Positions 18,668 through 28,634 of a stretch of 64,000 bases of DNA are shown here, piece after piece. The stretch comes from Arenicellales bacterium (GTDB taxonomy: Bacteria > Pseudomonadota > Gammaproteobacteria > Arenicellales > JAHEKD01), in the NCBI GenBank assembly GCA_965204695.1, contig OZ242007.1, positions 3,047,701-3,111,700 of the forward strand. The letters run 5' to 3'. How positions within the stretch are numbered: the first letter of the stretch is position 1; every line of letters begins with the position of its first letter. The position numbers and the translations under genes are program-made. The notes under the pieces are model-generated. The model saw only the letters and a program-made list of their open reading frames with translations, was not told the DNA's origin and ran no database searches.

Positions 18668-19031
18668 GCTATCTACAACACGAAAGTCGTTGTCCAAACA
18701 AATCGACAAACTCCACTGGATGCTGTACGAAAATCATGATCAGCTTAAAAAAGCGATCGAGCTCGCGTTTAGTCTTGAAGTGATCAGTATCGATGCTGAA
18801 AACGATGAAATCGTGTTCAATAACGATGAAAGTGCACTGCGCGATCGAGAATTCGTTGGTCGATTTCTGTGCATTGATGATCTCGATAAATTCCAAGCAC
18901 CGGGTTATCCATCAGAGATCGTTCGGTATATCGAAGAACATTCAGCCTATCCGGACGATACGATCCCTTGGCAACCGTTCGAGCACTATGAAGCCGATAT
19001 GTTACTTAATGACTTTTACAATGCGTCATGA
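18664..19031 (+). CDS. Acidic hypothetical protein (122 aa; start MSYELSTT)
   Basis: It is translationally coupled to the upstream ORF, rich in D/E, and followed by a terminator. Confidence 0.45.
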
Positions 19032-19048
19032 CACTCACCCTATCAATA

Positions 19049-19076
19049 AAGCCCCAACTTGTTCGGGGCTTTTTGT
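19049..19076 (+). terminator. Rho-independent terminator
   Basis: AAAGCCCCAACTTGTTCGGGGCTTTTTGTTT: a GC stem followed by a T-tract. Confidence 0.7.
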
Positions 19077-19222
19077 TTGGCAAGCTTTAACTCTTTTACT
19101 GAGATTGCCCCTGGTGACACGAATGTTGGACTATGGTCATTTTGGGGAGCTTAAGTTTCTGTGGTAGATTTTAAGCACTTGTCTTGAAAAATTAACGCTT
19201 ATAACCCTGATAGAAAATATTA

Positions 19223-19864
19223 ATGAAGAATTTGGCTGGCAACGACGTTTCAATATTTCTATTTCGATTTGTCCTTAGAAATAATGGAATTAGTTTTGTA
19301 TTGAACGAATCCATTGCCGAAGATTTATACCCAGACATTGAAGGTCAACTAAAACCTCTTGTACAAGTCTGTAGTGAAACGCTGATGCGGCATAAACACC
19401 TGTGTCACGATAATACTATTATGGACGGCAATATACTTGACGATAATTGTTTTGAAGTGATGCTAAGCCCAGGTCTTGGGAAACACTTTGCCAAAAAAGA
19501 GAAACAAAATCTGTTTAATGATGCCAATGAGATTGCTAATTTACTGATGGAGGTGATGGACAGGAGAACCAAAGAAATTGACCAAGGCACTTATCCCGGT
19601 CCTCGTACTGTCATTCCTGAAATACACCGGTCACAATCTACAAATAAAGGCCTCGAAGCTCTCGGAATTATACGTAACCCAATAGAGAAATCAGCGCCTA
19701 TTGGCAGTAAGAGAGCAGGGTTGAAAAGATTAACGCCTGATGATTTGCCTGAAGGCGTAATAGCCAGAAGGGGTTATGATCATAGAGGTCATTGCTACGC
19801 ATTTGAGCATGAAACGCTTGGGGAGTTAGGAAAGATAATTTTAGTTGGCTTATACATTGGATGA
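19223..19864 (+). CDS. Hypothetical protein (213 aa); the 3' end is probably truncated at a rearrangement junction
   Basis: ORF only. It runs directly into an unrelated outer-membrane-barrel fragment at ~19850. Confidence 0.35.
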   Translation: MKNLAGNDVSIFLFRFVLRNNGISFVLNESIAEDLYPDIEGQLKPLVQVCSETLMRHKHLCHDNTIMDGNILDDNCFEVMLSPGLGKHFAKKEKQNLFNDANEIANLLMEVMDRRTKEIDQGTYPGPRTVIPEIHRSQSTNKGLEALGIIRNPIEKSAPIGSKRAGLKRLTPDDLPEGVIARRGYDHRGHCYAFEHETLGELGKIILVGLYIG

Positions 19865-20306
19865 TATGCCGTGGTTACCCACACTCGTGTATCGCTACAG
19901 CAGTTTCAGTGGAGATAATCCGAATACAGCAGAAAACGAGGCATTTGATCCATTGTTTTATGGTTTTAGCCGTGGATACGGAACTTGGTTTCAGGGCGAA
20001 GTCGCCGGTAATTTTACTGGCCCATTTAACACAAACGCTGATATTCATCACTTAGGGTTAAAGGTTGCTCCTAGAGAAAATATAGGTCTAGGACTGCTTT
20101 ATTTCAATTTCAAAAATGATCACCCGAGTGGTCCTTCTGAAGATTTCGGTCAAGAGATAGACCTTTATTTTGAATGGGGTGTAAAGGAGAACTTATTTGT
20201 TAGTGGATTCGTCGGATATTTTGATCCAGATGATGAGGCGATTGCACAAACTGGTGTTGATGACGAAACGATTTTCACCGGTTTGTTCGCTGTTTGGAAT
20301 TTTTAA
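19845..20306 (+). pseudogene. C-terminal fragment of an outer-membrane beta-barrel (alginate-export/porin-like)
   Basis: It shows alternating beta-strand patterning and the terminal aromatic signature ...GLFAVWNF. There is no signal peptide or N-terminal barrel. Confidence 0.5.
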
Positions 20307-20379
20307 CTCAAACATTTGGTTGTCTTAGAGTTGAATTAGTTTTTACATTTATTATTGAATCTAGAACTGAGGGAAATTT

Positions 20380-21510
20380 ATGTCTAGCTCATCACTTGGA
20401 ACACATTTACAAGAAGGTGTCGTTGGATTTCCGACAGCACTCGCCACCTCCATTGGATTGATTATAGCTGGAGCAGTCCTACTCACTGCAACTACTGGCT
20501 TTGGGATAGACACCATAAAAGCAGCCAATGCAGAGCTGGTCAATCAGCATACCCAACTGGAACTAAGCCATGTGCACGGTGACGGTACGCTTTCATCATC
20601 AGATGCGCAGCGATTCATCGTCACAGCCAGCAGTCTATTGTCGTCATATTACCCAAGGTATGCCGGTTATTATGAAAAAATGATTGGTTTATATACCCAC
20701 ACTTCCAGTCAATTTTCAGTTTACAACACAAATGCAATTTCCTGCGCTCCACGGGAATCGCTTTTTGTGATTGATGGTATTTTGGATAACAATACAATTC
20801 TTGCCATTAAGGAACATACAACAGATACAGAGGGTTTTACTGAACACATGTTTGCTCTTTGTCATTTGCTGGGTATTCAGTTTATGCCGAGAATTAAAGA
20901 CCTTAAAGCACAACAACTTTATCGGATAGATAAAACCAATTCTTATGGCAAACTGGATTCGCTGCTCACGAAAACAGCTCCTCTCGAACAAATAACCGAA
21001 CAGTGGGACAATATGATTCGTGTTATAGCTTCTCTAAAGAATAAATTATGTCCTGCTCATGAGGTGATTCGCAGACTATCCAAAGGTTCTCCATCAGATA
21101 AATTGTCCAAGGCATTTACGCTGCTGGGACGTGTTATTAAAACAGAATATATCCTGAGATACCTGACAGACAGTGATTTGAGAGATAAAGTACAGCGTCA
21201 ATTAAACAAGGGGGAGCACCGTCATCAACTTGCTCGCTGGATATTTTTTGCAAATCAGGGAAAATTCCAGACTGGTGATTACGAGGAAATCATGAACAAG
21301 GCAAGTTGCCTAAGCCTGGTTTCAAACGCTGTTTTATATTGGAATACAGTTAAGATCACAGAAATTATTAGCCAGCTCCGGGCGAATGGAGAGCAGATCA
21401 GTAACGAAACGTTATCTCATATTTCTTTACTGCCGCACAAACACGTCATTCCAATGGGTACTTATTTTACTGAGGAGCTTGTTTACCAGCCAGGACCAGA
21501 CGAGCTGTGA
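20380..21510 (+). pseudogene. Chimeric ORF: ~45 aa of an amino-acid-permease-like N-terminus fused to the C-terminal ~330 aa of a Tn3-family transposase
   Basis: The N-terminus GVVGFPTALATSIGLIIAGAVLL is APC-permease-like. From ~20515 it reads AELVNQH...GDGTLSSSDAQRF...HTTDTEGFTEHMFALCHLLGIQFMPRIKDL, the Tn3 TnpA DDE region. Confidence 0.75.
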
Positions 21511-21579
21511 GAAATTACGGTTTAAAGGCAATATTTGTGCTCAAACCGTAAATTTTGACACGAATGTGGCTGATACCCC
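20515..21579 (+). mobile_element. Tn3-family transposon remnant (3' third of tnpA plus a terminal IR)
   Basis: The tnpA tail is followed by the 38-bp terminal repeat. There is no resolvase, left IR or 5' two-thirds of tnpA. Confidence 0.75.
21542..21579 (-). repeat. Tn3-family 38-bp terminal inverted repeat
   Basis: Read inward it is GGGGTATCAGCCACATTCGTGTCAAAATTTACGGTTTG, with the GGGG start typical of Tn3-family IRs. It lies 32 bp after the tnpA stop. Confidence 0.7.
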
Positions 21580-21591
21580 TAGGTGAACTAT

Positions 21592-22071
21592 CTATTTAAA
21601 GAGTCGATCGTCCCACCATATCCTTCGTTCGCGTGAGACGGTTATTTTAGAAAACTCTTGGTGTTCAGTATTAATCACGATATTGTGATCCAACCGTGCA
21701 ACAACAGAGGGGACGATTAGAATGAGTGACCGATTCTGAGAATACCACTGTGAGCCAAATTCCCGTGCTTTCATTGCATTTTTCTCATACCAGCCTGGGA
21801 CAGAATCTGTTGTGATTTCTTCATAACTAACCCCAGCCGGGATTGTAATAGTTACAAAACATTGATTCGGTGGCATTTCACCGAGTCGAATCAGTTTTTC
21901 CAGTACAGCCGTTGAATAGTATTTTGATGCATAAATCACGGCTTGCATGGGTTTATTCCATCTTCCTGGATAGAACTTTGCGCCCTCGGGACTGAATATG
22001 GGATAGTGTCCTTCGCTATCACCAATGCGATAGGCCAACAGCGGCTTTTTGAGTTTTCGGTGTTGATTCAA
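21592..22071 (-). CDS. RES-domain toxin (NAD+-targeting, MbcT/ParT-like family)
   Basis: 159 aa. YRIGDSEGHYPIFSPEGAKFYPGRWN is typical of RES-domain proteins. It overlaps the antitoxin gene by 4 nt. Confidence 0.8.
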   Translation of the reverse strand: MNQHRKLKKPLLAYRIGDSEGHYPIFSPEGAKFYPGRWNKPMQAVIYASKYYSTAVLEKLIRLGEMPPNQCFVTITIPAGVSYEEITTDSVPGWYEKNAMKAREFGSQWYSQNRSLILIVPSVVARLDHNIVINTEHQEFSKITVSRERRIWWDDRLFK

Positions 22072-22544
22072 ATAGCGACGCTGGCTTGCGCTTCTTTTAA
22101 TAGCAAAATGACCGTTTCCGCACCGGCATTAGAAGAGGCCATTACTTCAAACGGGGTTTTACTATCGAGTAGGGGGTTTGGGCGCGTCATAAAACGCCGA
22201 ATTTTCGCATCGTCCCCATGAAATACCAGTGCGGCCTGATCAATAACCCGACTGAGTTCAAAAAAGCGTTCACTACTTTCACGTGATAACTTGCGGTCTT
22301 TTTTCTTGCGTGCACGACTCAATGTAGATTCTGAAACAATCTTATGTATGGCTTTGGGCTGGAATTCATTAATAAACGCCGTTAGTGATCCCACATTATT
22401 AATGGATAATCCACTTGCTATCGTTTCCGATAGATTTAAATAATCGACGGAACGAGCTTCATCAATGTCCAAGAGCATGGCTAAACGGACCGCTTCATCG
22501 CCGGGAACCTGGTTAGGTGTCATATAGTAATTTAACGCGTGCAT
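22068..22544 (-). CDS. Xre-type antitoxin with a C-terminal DUF2384 toxin-binding domain (MbcA/ParS-like)
   Basis: The C-terminus FMTRPNPLLDSKTPFEVMASSNAGAETVILLLKEAQ matches the DUF2384 signature. Its position upstream of the RES toxin fits. Confidence 0.8.
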   Translation of the reverse strand: MHALNYYMTPNQVPGDEAVRLAMLLDIDEARSVDYLNLSETIASGLSINNVGSLTAFINEFQPKAIHKIVSESTLSRARKKKDRKLSRESSERFFELSRVIDQAALVFHGDDAKIRRFMTRPNPLLDSKTPFEVMASSNAGAETVILLLKEAQASVAI

Positions 22545-22560
22545 TTTCTAGTCACCACAG

Positions 22561-22597
22561 TAATCGTCATATGACGATTATATTATGTCATATGACA
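22561..22597. promoter_or_regulatory. Tandem GTCATATGAC palindromes: candidate autoregulatory operator of the RES/Xre operon
   Basis: TAATCGTCATATGACGATTA (22561-22580) is a perfect 20-bp palindrome, and TGTCATATGACA lies at 22586-22597. They start 17 bp upstream of the antitoxin start. Confidence 0.55.
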
Positions 22598-22908
22598 GTC
22601 GATGTCAATTTCAAGATTGCTATGAATCATTTTATAAGTTATATAATTATAAAAATAACAATAGGATAGAAACTATTTTTAATAATTAAGTTTAAATTAA
22701 AACAATTAAACTTAAAACCCATCGTAAATCTTTTGCCGAAATAAAATTCCAGGTGACGATTCATATAGCTATCCTAACAGTTTAACTAATCTGAGGTCTC
22801 GCGCTCACTCGCTTGTTACATTTTGATATACATTAATACGTTTTTGACACACCTTGATAAGTATATACAGGCATACTGAGCAGGGTTTTTATATACTCAC
22901 CACGACTT

Positions 22909-23598
22909 ATGACCACACGAAAACAAGTACTGTTAATTGACGACGACCAGGAAATTGGTCGGCGGTTAATTAGCTATTGTGCCAACTACGATATCAACAT
23001 TACTCATTACGATCATCCAGTCAATGCATTAAAAGAATTAGACCCCGATAAATATGATCTGGTTATTCTCGATATCATGCTGCCACAAATGGATGGATTG
23101 GAAGTCTGTCAGCGAATTAGGGAAAAAAGTGATTTACCCATTGTCATGCTATCAGCACGCGGAGAGGTGAGTGACCGTATAGTTGGTATTGAACTGGGCG
23201 CCGATGATTACTTACCCAAACCGTTCGATCCACGTGAGCTTGTTGCCCGCGTAAATAGCATTATTAAGCGGCAAACCGGTCAGTCGAGTGCGACGAGTGG
23301 TTTATTGAAGTACGGTGAGCTTGAGATCGATCCCCACAAACGTTTGGCTACATTGGGCACCGAGACACTGGACCTTACCACCTTAGAATACCAGTTGTTG
23401 GAAATATTTGCCCAATCACCGGGGAAAAATTTTGATCGAGATGAAATACTCAATCTACTTAAAGGGATTGATGCAAACGTACAAACCCGATCGGTCGACA
23501 TTTTGGTCAGCCGTTTAAGGGCGAAGCTCAAGCCACTTGAGCCGATAAAAACCGTCTGGGGGTCTGGCTATTGTTTTATAGCAACTAGAGATGATTAA
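22909..23598 (+). CDS. OmpR/PhoB-family response regulator
   Basis: It has a receiver domain (DDDQEI...DLVILDIMLPQMDG...KPF) and a winged-helix C-terminus (LTTLEYQLLEIFAQSPG...VWGSGY). Confidence 0.9.
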   Translation: MTTRKQVLLIDDDQEIGRRLISYCANYDINITHYDHPVNALKELDPDKYDLVILDIMLPQMDGLEVCQRIREKSDLPIVMLSARGEVSDRIVGIELGADDYLPKPFDPRELVARVNSIIKRQTGQSSATSGLLKYGELEIDPHKRLATLGTETLDLTTLEYQLLEIFAQSPGKNFDRDEILNLLKGIDANVQTRSVDILVSRLRAKLKPLEPIKTVWGSGYCFIATRDD

Positions 23599-24934
23599 AA
23601 AATTAATTTCGTCCTTATCGTTCCGGTTGTTGTTACTCATGGCAATTGTTGCGGTTCTGGTTATTTTTATTTTGGATCGATTCAGTAATTGGGTTGAACG
23701 CACCGCGGAAGAAAACTATCAAATTAATGCAACGGTTGCACAGTACTTGGTTTATATCGATCAGGATGTCGGTTTTCCGCCGGATTTAAAAAAAGCTGCG
23801 CAAATTAGCACCATGATCGATGTGGAATTAGTGATCAGCAGCAAAGATTTCGGTCACTGGCCAGATGCTGAGAAGGCCAAACAGATCAGTCAAATGCCTT
23901 TTAAGAACGATGAAATCAAGGAGCTGCCAACGGGTTACCGTTTTGCCAGTTACCAAGCAGATGGAAAAAATGATGGTGATGATGAAACCTATCGACTCAC
24001 GACTCCTGATCAAACACTTTATATTTCTTGGAGTTATTCCTTAACCAGCTTACCCGGATTTAACAAGGCTTTGCTGAGCGTCATTGGGATATTGTTGTTT
24101 ACATTATTGTGTTGTTATTTGATTATCCGCTATTTAATCTCGCCGGTGAATCTGATATCCAGAAACGTTCAGTGCTTTGCACAAGGTGAGATGCAGCAAC
24201 GCATTAAAACAACTCGAAAAGATGAACTGGGTGAATTGGCCACCCACATCAATAATATGGAAGACCAGATCACTTCCATGCTGGATGCCAAGCGGCAATT
24301 GCTGTTAGGGATCAGCCATGAACTGCGCACACCGCTGACACGGGCCAAACTGTCATTGGCCATGTTGCCGGTCGATCAAAGTAGTCAAGATTTAGAGCGT
24401 GATCTGAATGAAATGGAAGCTCAAATCAATGATCTACTCGAAAGTGAGCGATTAAATCGCTCGCATCAGTCCTTGAGTCGGGCACCCATGTCGATCAATC
24501 AGCTCGTCGATGACGTGATTCAAACGTATTTTACGTATCAGCAATTCGAACTTGAGTTACCTGAGGGAGATCCGTACGTCCTCATTGACGCTCCACGCAT
24601 TCGCTTACTCATCAAAAATTTACTTTCCAATGCCATTAAATATGCAGGCGATCAGTCGGTTCAGTTAAATGTGTCATTATCCGATTCTACCTTGCGAATT
24701 GAGGTAAAAGATCATGGCCCCGGTATAAGCGATGAACACCTCAAGCGCTTAACCGAACCGTTTTATCGTCCTGATACTGCCCGTACGCGTTCTAAAGGAG
24801 GAGCAGGGTTAGGGTTGTATTTATGTCGGCTTATTGCCCAAGCCCATGGCGGTCAGCTAACGATTAAGAGCACCGTTGGCATTGGTTCTGAATTTACAGC
24901 ACTACTGCCGCTTAATTCTCGCTCAAGTGAGTGA
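23591..24934 (+). CDS. Sensor histidine kinase (2 TM, HAMP, HisKA, HATPase_c)
   Basis: The H-box is SHELRTPLT, the N-box is LLSNAIKY and the G-boxes are DHGPGI and GGAGLGL. It overlaps the regulator gene by 8 nt. Confidence 0.9.
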   Translation: MIKKLISSLSFRLLLLMAIVAVLVIFILDRFSNWVERTAEENYQINATVAQYLVYIDQDVGFPPDLKKAAQISTMIDVELVISSKDFGHWPDAEKAKQISQMPFKNDEIKELPTGYRFASYQADGKNDGDDETYRLTTPDQTLYISWSYSLTSLPGFNKALLSVIGILLFTLLCCYLIIRYLISPVNLISRNVQCFAQGEMQQRIKTTRKDELGELATHINNMEDQITSMLDAKRQLLLGISHELRTPLTRAKLSLAMLPVDQSSQDLERDLNEMEAQINDLLESERLNRSHQSLSRAPMSINQLVDDVIQTYFTYQQFELELPEGDPYVLIDAPRIRLLIKNLLSNAIKYAGDQSVQLNVSLSDSTLRIEVKDHGPGISDEHLKRLTEPFYRPDTARTRSKGGAGLGLYLCRLIAQAHGGQLTIKSTVGIGSEFTALLPLNSRSSE

Positions 24935-25119
24935 GGTAAATTTAGAATACTTAGGATGTTGCTTCGAAGTAGATCGAAAAATATTGGATTTTTCCATCCC
25001 TTGCGACGAAGTTATCGACCCCGAGTGTGACTTTACGACTCGGACTCTCACCACGCCAAATAACTTGTGTCATTTCATCTTAATACTGCGGTATTCGTAA
25101 TCGCTTCAATTCATACTTT

Positions 25120-25146
25120 GTTACATTTCGTTACAGTTACTTACAG
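25120..25146 (+). promoter_or_regulatory. Helically phased GTTACA/TTACA direct repeats upstream of mipA: candidate OmpR-family binding site
   Basis: GTTACATTTCGTTACAGTTACTTACAG, with TTACA at 25121, 25131 and 25141 (10-bp phasing). It lies ~70 bp upstream of the mipA start. Confidence 0.4.
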
Positions 25147-25216
25147 TTTAGAAAAGCATTTACTCAGCATATCAATATCATAGCTGCTTCATCGAATTTG
25201 TTTATAGAGAATTATT

Positions 25217-26017
25217 GTGAATTTATTAAAACTAGGCTTAAGTGGTCTGATGTTGGTTGCTTTTTTACATGTTAACGCCCAAGTCAATGCAGACACTGAT
25301 AACAATGCTACCCGCAGTAAACTCAAAGGATTATCGATCGGGGTCGGGGTGGGTCATGAAAGCTCGCCCTACCGTGATTGGGACGAGAATGAAACGTCTG
25401 CGTTGCCGTTTATTTCGTATGAGCGTGGGAACGTCTTTTTTGAAGGATCAACTTTGGGCTATACCGTCTTCGAAGAAGAAAGCGATGAATCGGGCTATTT
25501 TCTAGCGCTGATCGGTAATATCGAGTTGGGCGGCTACAAAGCCAGTGATTCACCTTTTTTTGCAGGTATGGCCGATCGTGATGACACTGCATTCGAGCTC
25601 GGTATTGCAGCGGGTGTGTTTACGTCTATTGGACTATTTGAATTTACCGTCGTGCAGGACGTAGCGGATGCGCACGATGGGTTGATTGCCGATTTAAGTT
25701 ATTCCTTGCCGTTCGGTGATGAACAAGCCGGCTATGAAATTTCTCCGTATCTCGGTGCGACGTATTACAGCGATGATTACAATGATTATTATTACGGTGT
25801 TCGCGCTAATGAAGCAACGTCTATCAGACCGGCTTATCAAGCCGACGGAGGCGTAAATCCTTATATTGGCATTGGACTGTTCTATCGCATTAACGCACAT
25901 TGGGGCCTGGTGGGTGATTTACGCTATGAAAAATTAAACAGTAACATCGAAGACAGTCCCTTAATCGAAGAGGATAACGTCACCTCCGCAATGCTTGGGA
26001 TTACGTATTCGTTTTAA
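25217..26017 (+). CDS. mipA: MipA/OmpV-family outer-membrane protein
   Basis: It has a signal peptide (LMLVAFLHVNAQV), beta-strand patterning and the terminal ...LGITYSF. It starts with GTG. Confidence 0.75.
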   Translation: MNLLKLGLSGLMLVAFLHVNAQVNADTDNNATRSKLKGLSIGVGVGHESSPYRDWDENETSALPFISYERGNVFFEGSTLGYTVFEEESDESGYFLALIGNIELGGYKASDSPFFAGMADRDDTAFELGIAAGVFTSIGLFEFTVVQDVADAHDGLIADLSYSLPFGDEQAGYEISPYLGATYYSDDYNDYYYGVRANEATSIRPAYQADGGVNPYIGIGLFYRINAHWGLVGDLRYEKLNSNIEDSPLIEEDNVTSAMLGITYSF

Positions 26018-27439
26018 ATGACAAAGTTATACCCCAACCCTCTATTGAGCCGGGTACACTGCCCGGCTTTTTTTAACGGTGTGATACGGCGACTGCTTTT
26101 TGGTTTAATACTGTTTACGTCAGGCTGTGCCACGCTGCCGAGTAAACACTCGCAACGTGTACTCCAACATGAATTGGATGTCCCTAAACAGTGGCAGGCA
26201 CAAATTGATGCACCGATTGCCGTTCGTGTGGGTTTATTAGATTTATTTGATGATGTCCAATTAAATCAACAAGTTAATCAGGCCTTAGTCCATAACCTTG
26301 ATTTGCGTTTAGCGGGAGAAAGAGTGATTGAAGCCGGTTATTTAACGAACATCCGTCAGGCTCGATTATCACCTGATATTAATGCAGGTTTCAATAACAC
26401 TCGCAGCGGGGGCTCTAATCAGCCCATCACAGAAAATCATACACTCGATGCGAATGTCTCCTGGGAGATTGATTTGTGGGGGAAACATCGCAGTGATGTG
26501 CAAGCGGCAGAATTGGATCAACAAGCCCTGGAACAAGACCGTCTGGCCTTACAGGATTCGATCGCTGCCCAGGTTATGCAAGCCTGGTTTGATGTATTAG
26601 GCAGTTATCAATTATTGCGTATTGAACAACAACGTTTTGAGAGTTTGAGAGATACTGAGGCATTGATTCAGCAGCGCTATATTCAAGGTTTGGGAACACT
26701 GGATGATTTGGATACCAATCGGGTCGACAGCGCTAACACTAAAGCCTCGGTGAATCAATTGCAACAGACATTCGAAGAAAACCAACGGGCCTTGAATATT
26801 TTACTTGGACGCTACCCAGCTGTTACCGAGCTTGTAAGTGCACACTTGCCGAATTTGAATCAACCGCCCCAAGCAAGTGTGCCGTTAGATGTGATCACCA
26901 ATCGCCCGGACATTAGAGCGGCCTGGGTTCGTATTGTGGCAGCGGATGAGCGCGTTAATGTCGCCCATAAGACCATGTATCCCTCGTTGACGATCATCGG
27001 CAGCAGTGGTCGTCAGAGTGAATCATTGAGTCATTTACTCTCCGGAGCCAGTATCTGGAGTCTGGCGGCTAATTTTACCGTACCGGTATTCAATGCCGGC
27101 CGTCTAGAAATTGAATTAAAGGCCGCCGATAACCGGGCCAATCAAGCGTATCTAAATTATTTAAATATCGTTCTCAGGGCATTTAGTGAGATTGAAAATA
27201 CGCTTGCTGCTGAAACGTTATTGGCAGAACGTGAGCGTGTCTACGTTGAAGCGCTGGATCATGCTCAGCGCTCGCAGCAAAATTTTCGCTCTGCTTATCT
27301 GAATGGCAACAGTGATATTTTACAATTGCTCAGCACCCAGCGGCGAGTATTCTCCGCTCAATCCAGTTTGATCAATGTCAAGGTAGCACGGCTGAAAAAT
27401 CGCGTCACACTGGCTATGGCTTTGGGTAAAGGGATATAA
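26018..27439 (+). CDS. RND efflux outer-membrane factor lipoprotein (NodT/OprM family)
   Basis: It has the lipobox LFTSGC, two TolC-like repeat halves and the motif NRPDIRAA. Confidence 0.85.
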   Translation: MTKLYPNPLLSRVHCPAFFNGVIRRLLFGLILFTSGCATLPSKHSQRVLQHELDVPKQWQAQIDAPIAVRVGLLDLFDDVQLNQQVNQALVHNLDLRLAGERVIEAGYLTNIRQARLSPDINAGFNNTRSGGSNQPITENHTLDANVSWEIDLWGKHRSDVQAAELDQQALEQDRLALQDSIAAQVMQAWFDVLGSYQLLRIEQQRFESLRDTEALIQQRYIQGLGTLDDLDTNRVDSANTKASVNQLQQTFEENQRALNILLGRYPAVTELVSAHLPNLNQPPQASVPLDVITNRPDIRAAWVRIVAADERVNVAHKTMYPSLTIIGSSGRQSESLSHLLSGASIWSLAANFTVPVFNAGRLEIELKAADNRANQAYLNYLNIVLRAFSEIENTLAAETLLAERERVYVEALDHAQRSQQNFRSAYLNGNSDILQLLSTQRRVFSAQSSLINVKVARLKNRVTLAMALGKGI

Positions 27440-27452
27440 AAAGGGGAATACC

Positions 27453-28634
27453 ATGACTAAACGATCCGTTTTAATGTCTATTTTTGGGGCTGTCGGCATC
27501 ATCGGTCTAGCAATTGGTGTGGTGATTATCGCGATTGAACAAAAACCAGCGCCCGAAATCCAAGCACGCTCCACCAGCTTGTTAAAGGTGGACGTGCATC
27601 CCGTTTCGGTTGCGACGTATTCCCCGATCATTCAGGCCCAGGGGACCGTAACAGCGCGATATTCGGGCAATCTGGTTGCACAAGTCGAAGGGCAGGTGCT
27701 TGACGTATCGGATCAGTTGTTGTCCGGGCATGACTTCAAACAGGGCGATGTATTAGTCAAACTGGACGACACACGATATTTAAGTGCAAAGGCGAGTGCA
27801 CAAAGTGAGCTGGCCGCCCGAGAGCGCGATTTGACGGAAGAACAATTGCGGGCCCAACAAGCTCAAACGGACTGGAAACGCGCTGGTATTAAAAACCAAA
27901 AACCGTCGGCATTGACATTGCGTGAGCCGCAACTCAAAAGCGCCCAGGCTCAGGTTGCAGCGGCAAATGCAGCACTGACACTGGCCCGTCAAAATCTAAC
28001 CCATACACAGGTGAGGGCACCTTATGCCGGTTCAGTGGTTGCCCGTCAGGTCAGCCCCGGTGATTATGTACAAATCGGACAGACTCTGGCTGAAATTTAC
28101 GCAAATCACGCACTCGAAATAACCTTGCCGTTAAGTCAGGCCCAGATTAATCTGCTCGGCAATCGAAATACCATTCATCCGACCACAATTACCGTGAGTT
28201 CAATAGACGATCCTAAGCGGCAATGGACTACGCGTAGCTGGCGACTGGGGCGTACGATTGATCAGACCAACCGTTGGCAACCATTGATTGTAGAACTGGA
28301 AACCGGTCCGTCAACTGCGCCATTACCGGGTGAATTTTTACAAGCCAGCATTCAAAGTCGACAAATGAATGACTTAATTGAATTAAATCAATCATCATTA
28401 GCCCGTGATGGCCGCGTCTGGTTTGTCAATGATCAGAATGAATTAGCGTTTTTTAATGCGTCGGTGGTCTTTCGGCTTGATGATAACATTTATGTCAACC
28501 CGCCCGATCATTCTACCCAATTAAATATCGTGCGTTATCCACAAACTGATTTTCTGACTGGCACGAAAGTTGAGCCGGTGTTCGATGCTGAACTGAGCCT
28601 CACGGAACAAAATCTTAAGGGTGATACACTATGA
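27453..28634 (+). CDS. RND efflux periplasmic adaptor (membrane fusion protein)
   Basis: It has an N-terminal anchor and a coiled-coil hairpin (AQSELAARERDL...AQVAAANAALTLARQNL), then the THTQVRAPYAGSV lipoyl/barrel motif. Confidence 0.85.
   Translation: MTKRSVLMSIFGAVGIIGLAIGVVIIAIEQKPAPEIQARSTSLLKVDVHPVSVATYSPIIQAQGTVTARYSGNLVAQVEGQVLDVSDQLLSGHDFKQGDVLVKLDDTRYLSAKASAQSELAARERDLTEEQLRAQQAQTDWKRAGIKNQKPSALTLREPQLKSAQAQVAAANAALTLARQNLTHTQVRAPYAGSVVARQVSPGDYVQIGQTLAEIYANHALEITLPLSQAQINLLGNRNTIHPTTITVSSIDDPKRQWTTRSWRLGRTIDQTNRWQPLIVELETGPSTAPLPGEFLQASIQSRQMNDLIELNQSSLARDGRVWFVNDQNELAFFNASVVFRLDDNIYVNPPDHSTQLNIVRYPQTDFLTGTKVEPVFDAELSLTEQNLKGDTL

Noticed and set aside
20380-21510. The 376-aa ORF looks like an intact gene with an RBS.
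   Set aside because: It is a chimera of a permease N-terminus and a transposase C-terminus. Neither part is long enough to function.
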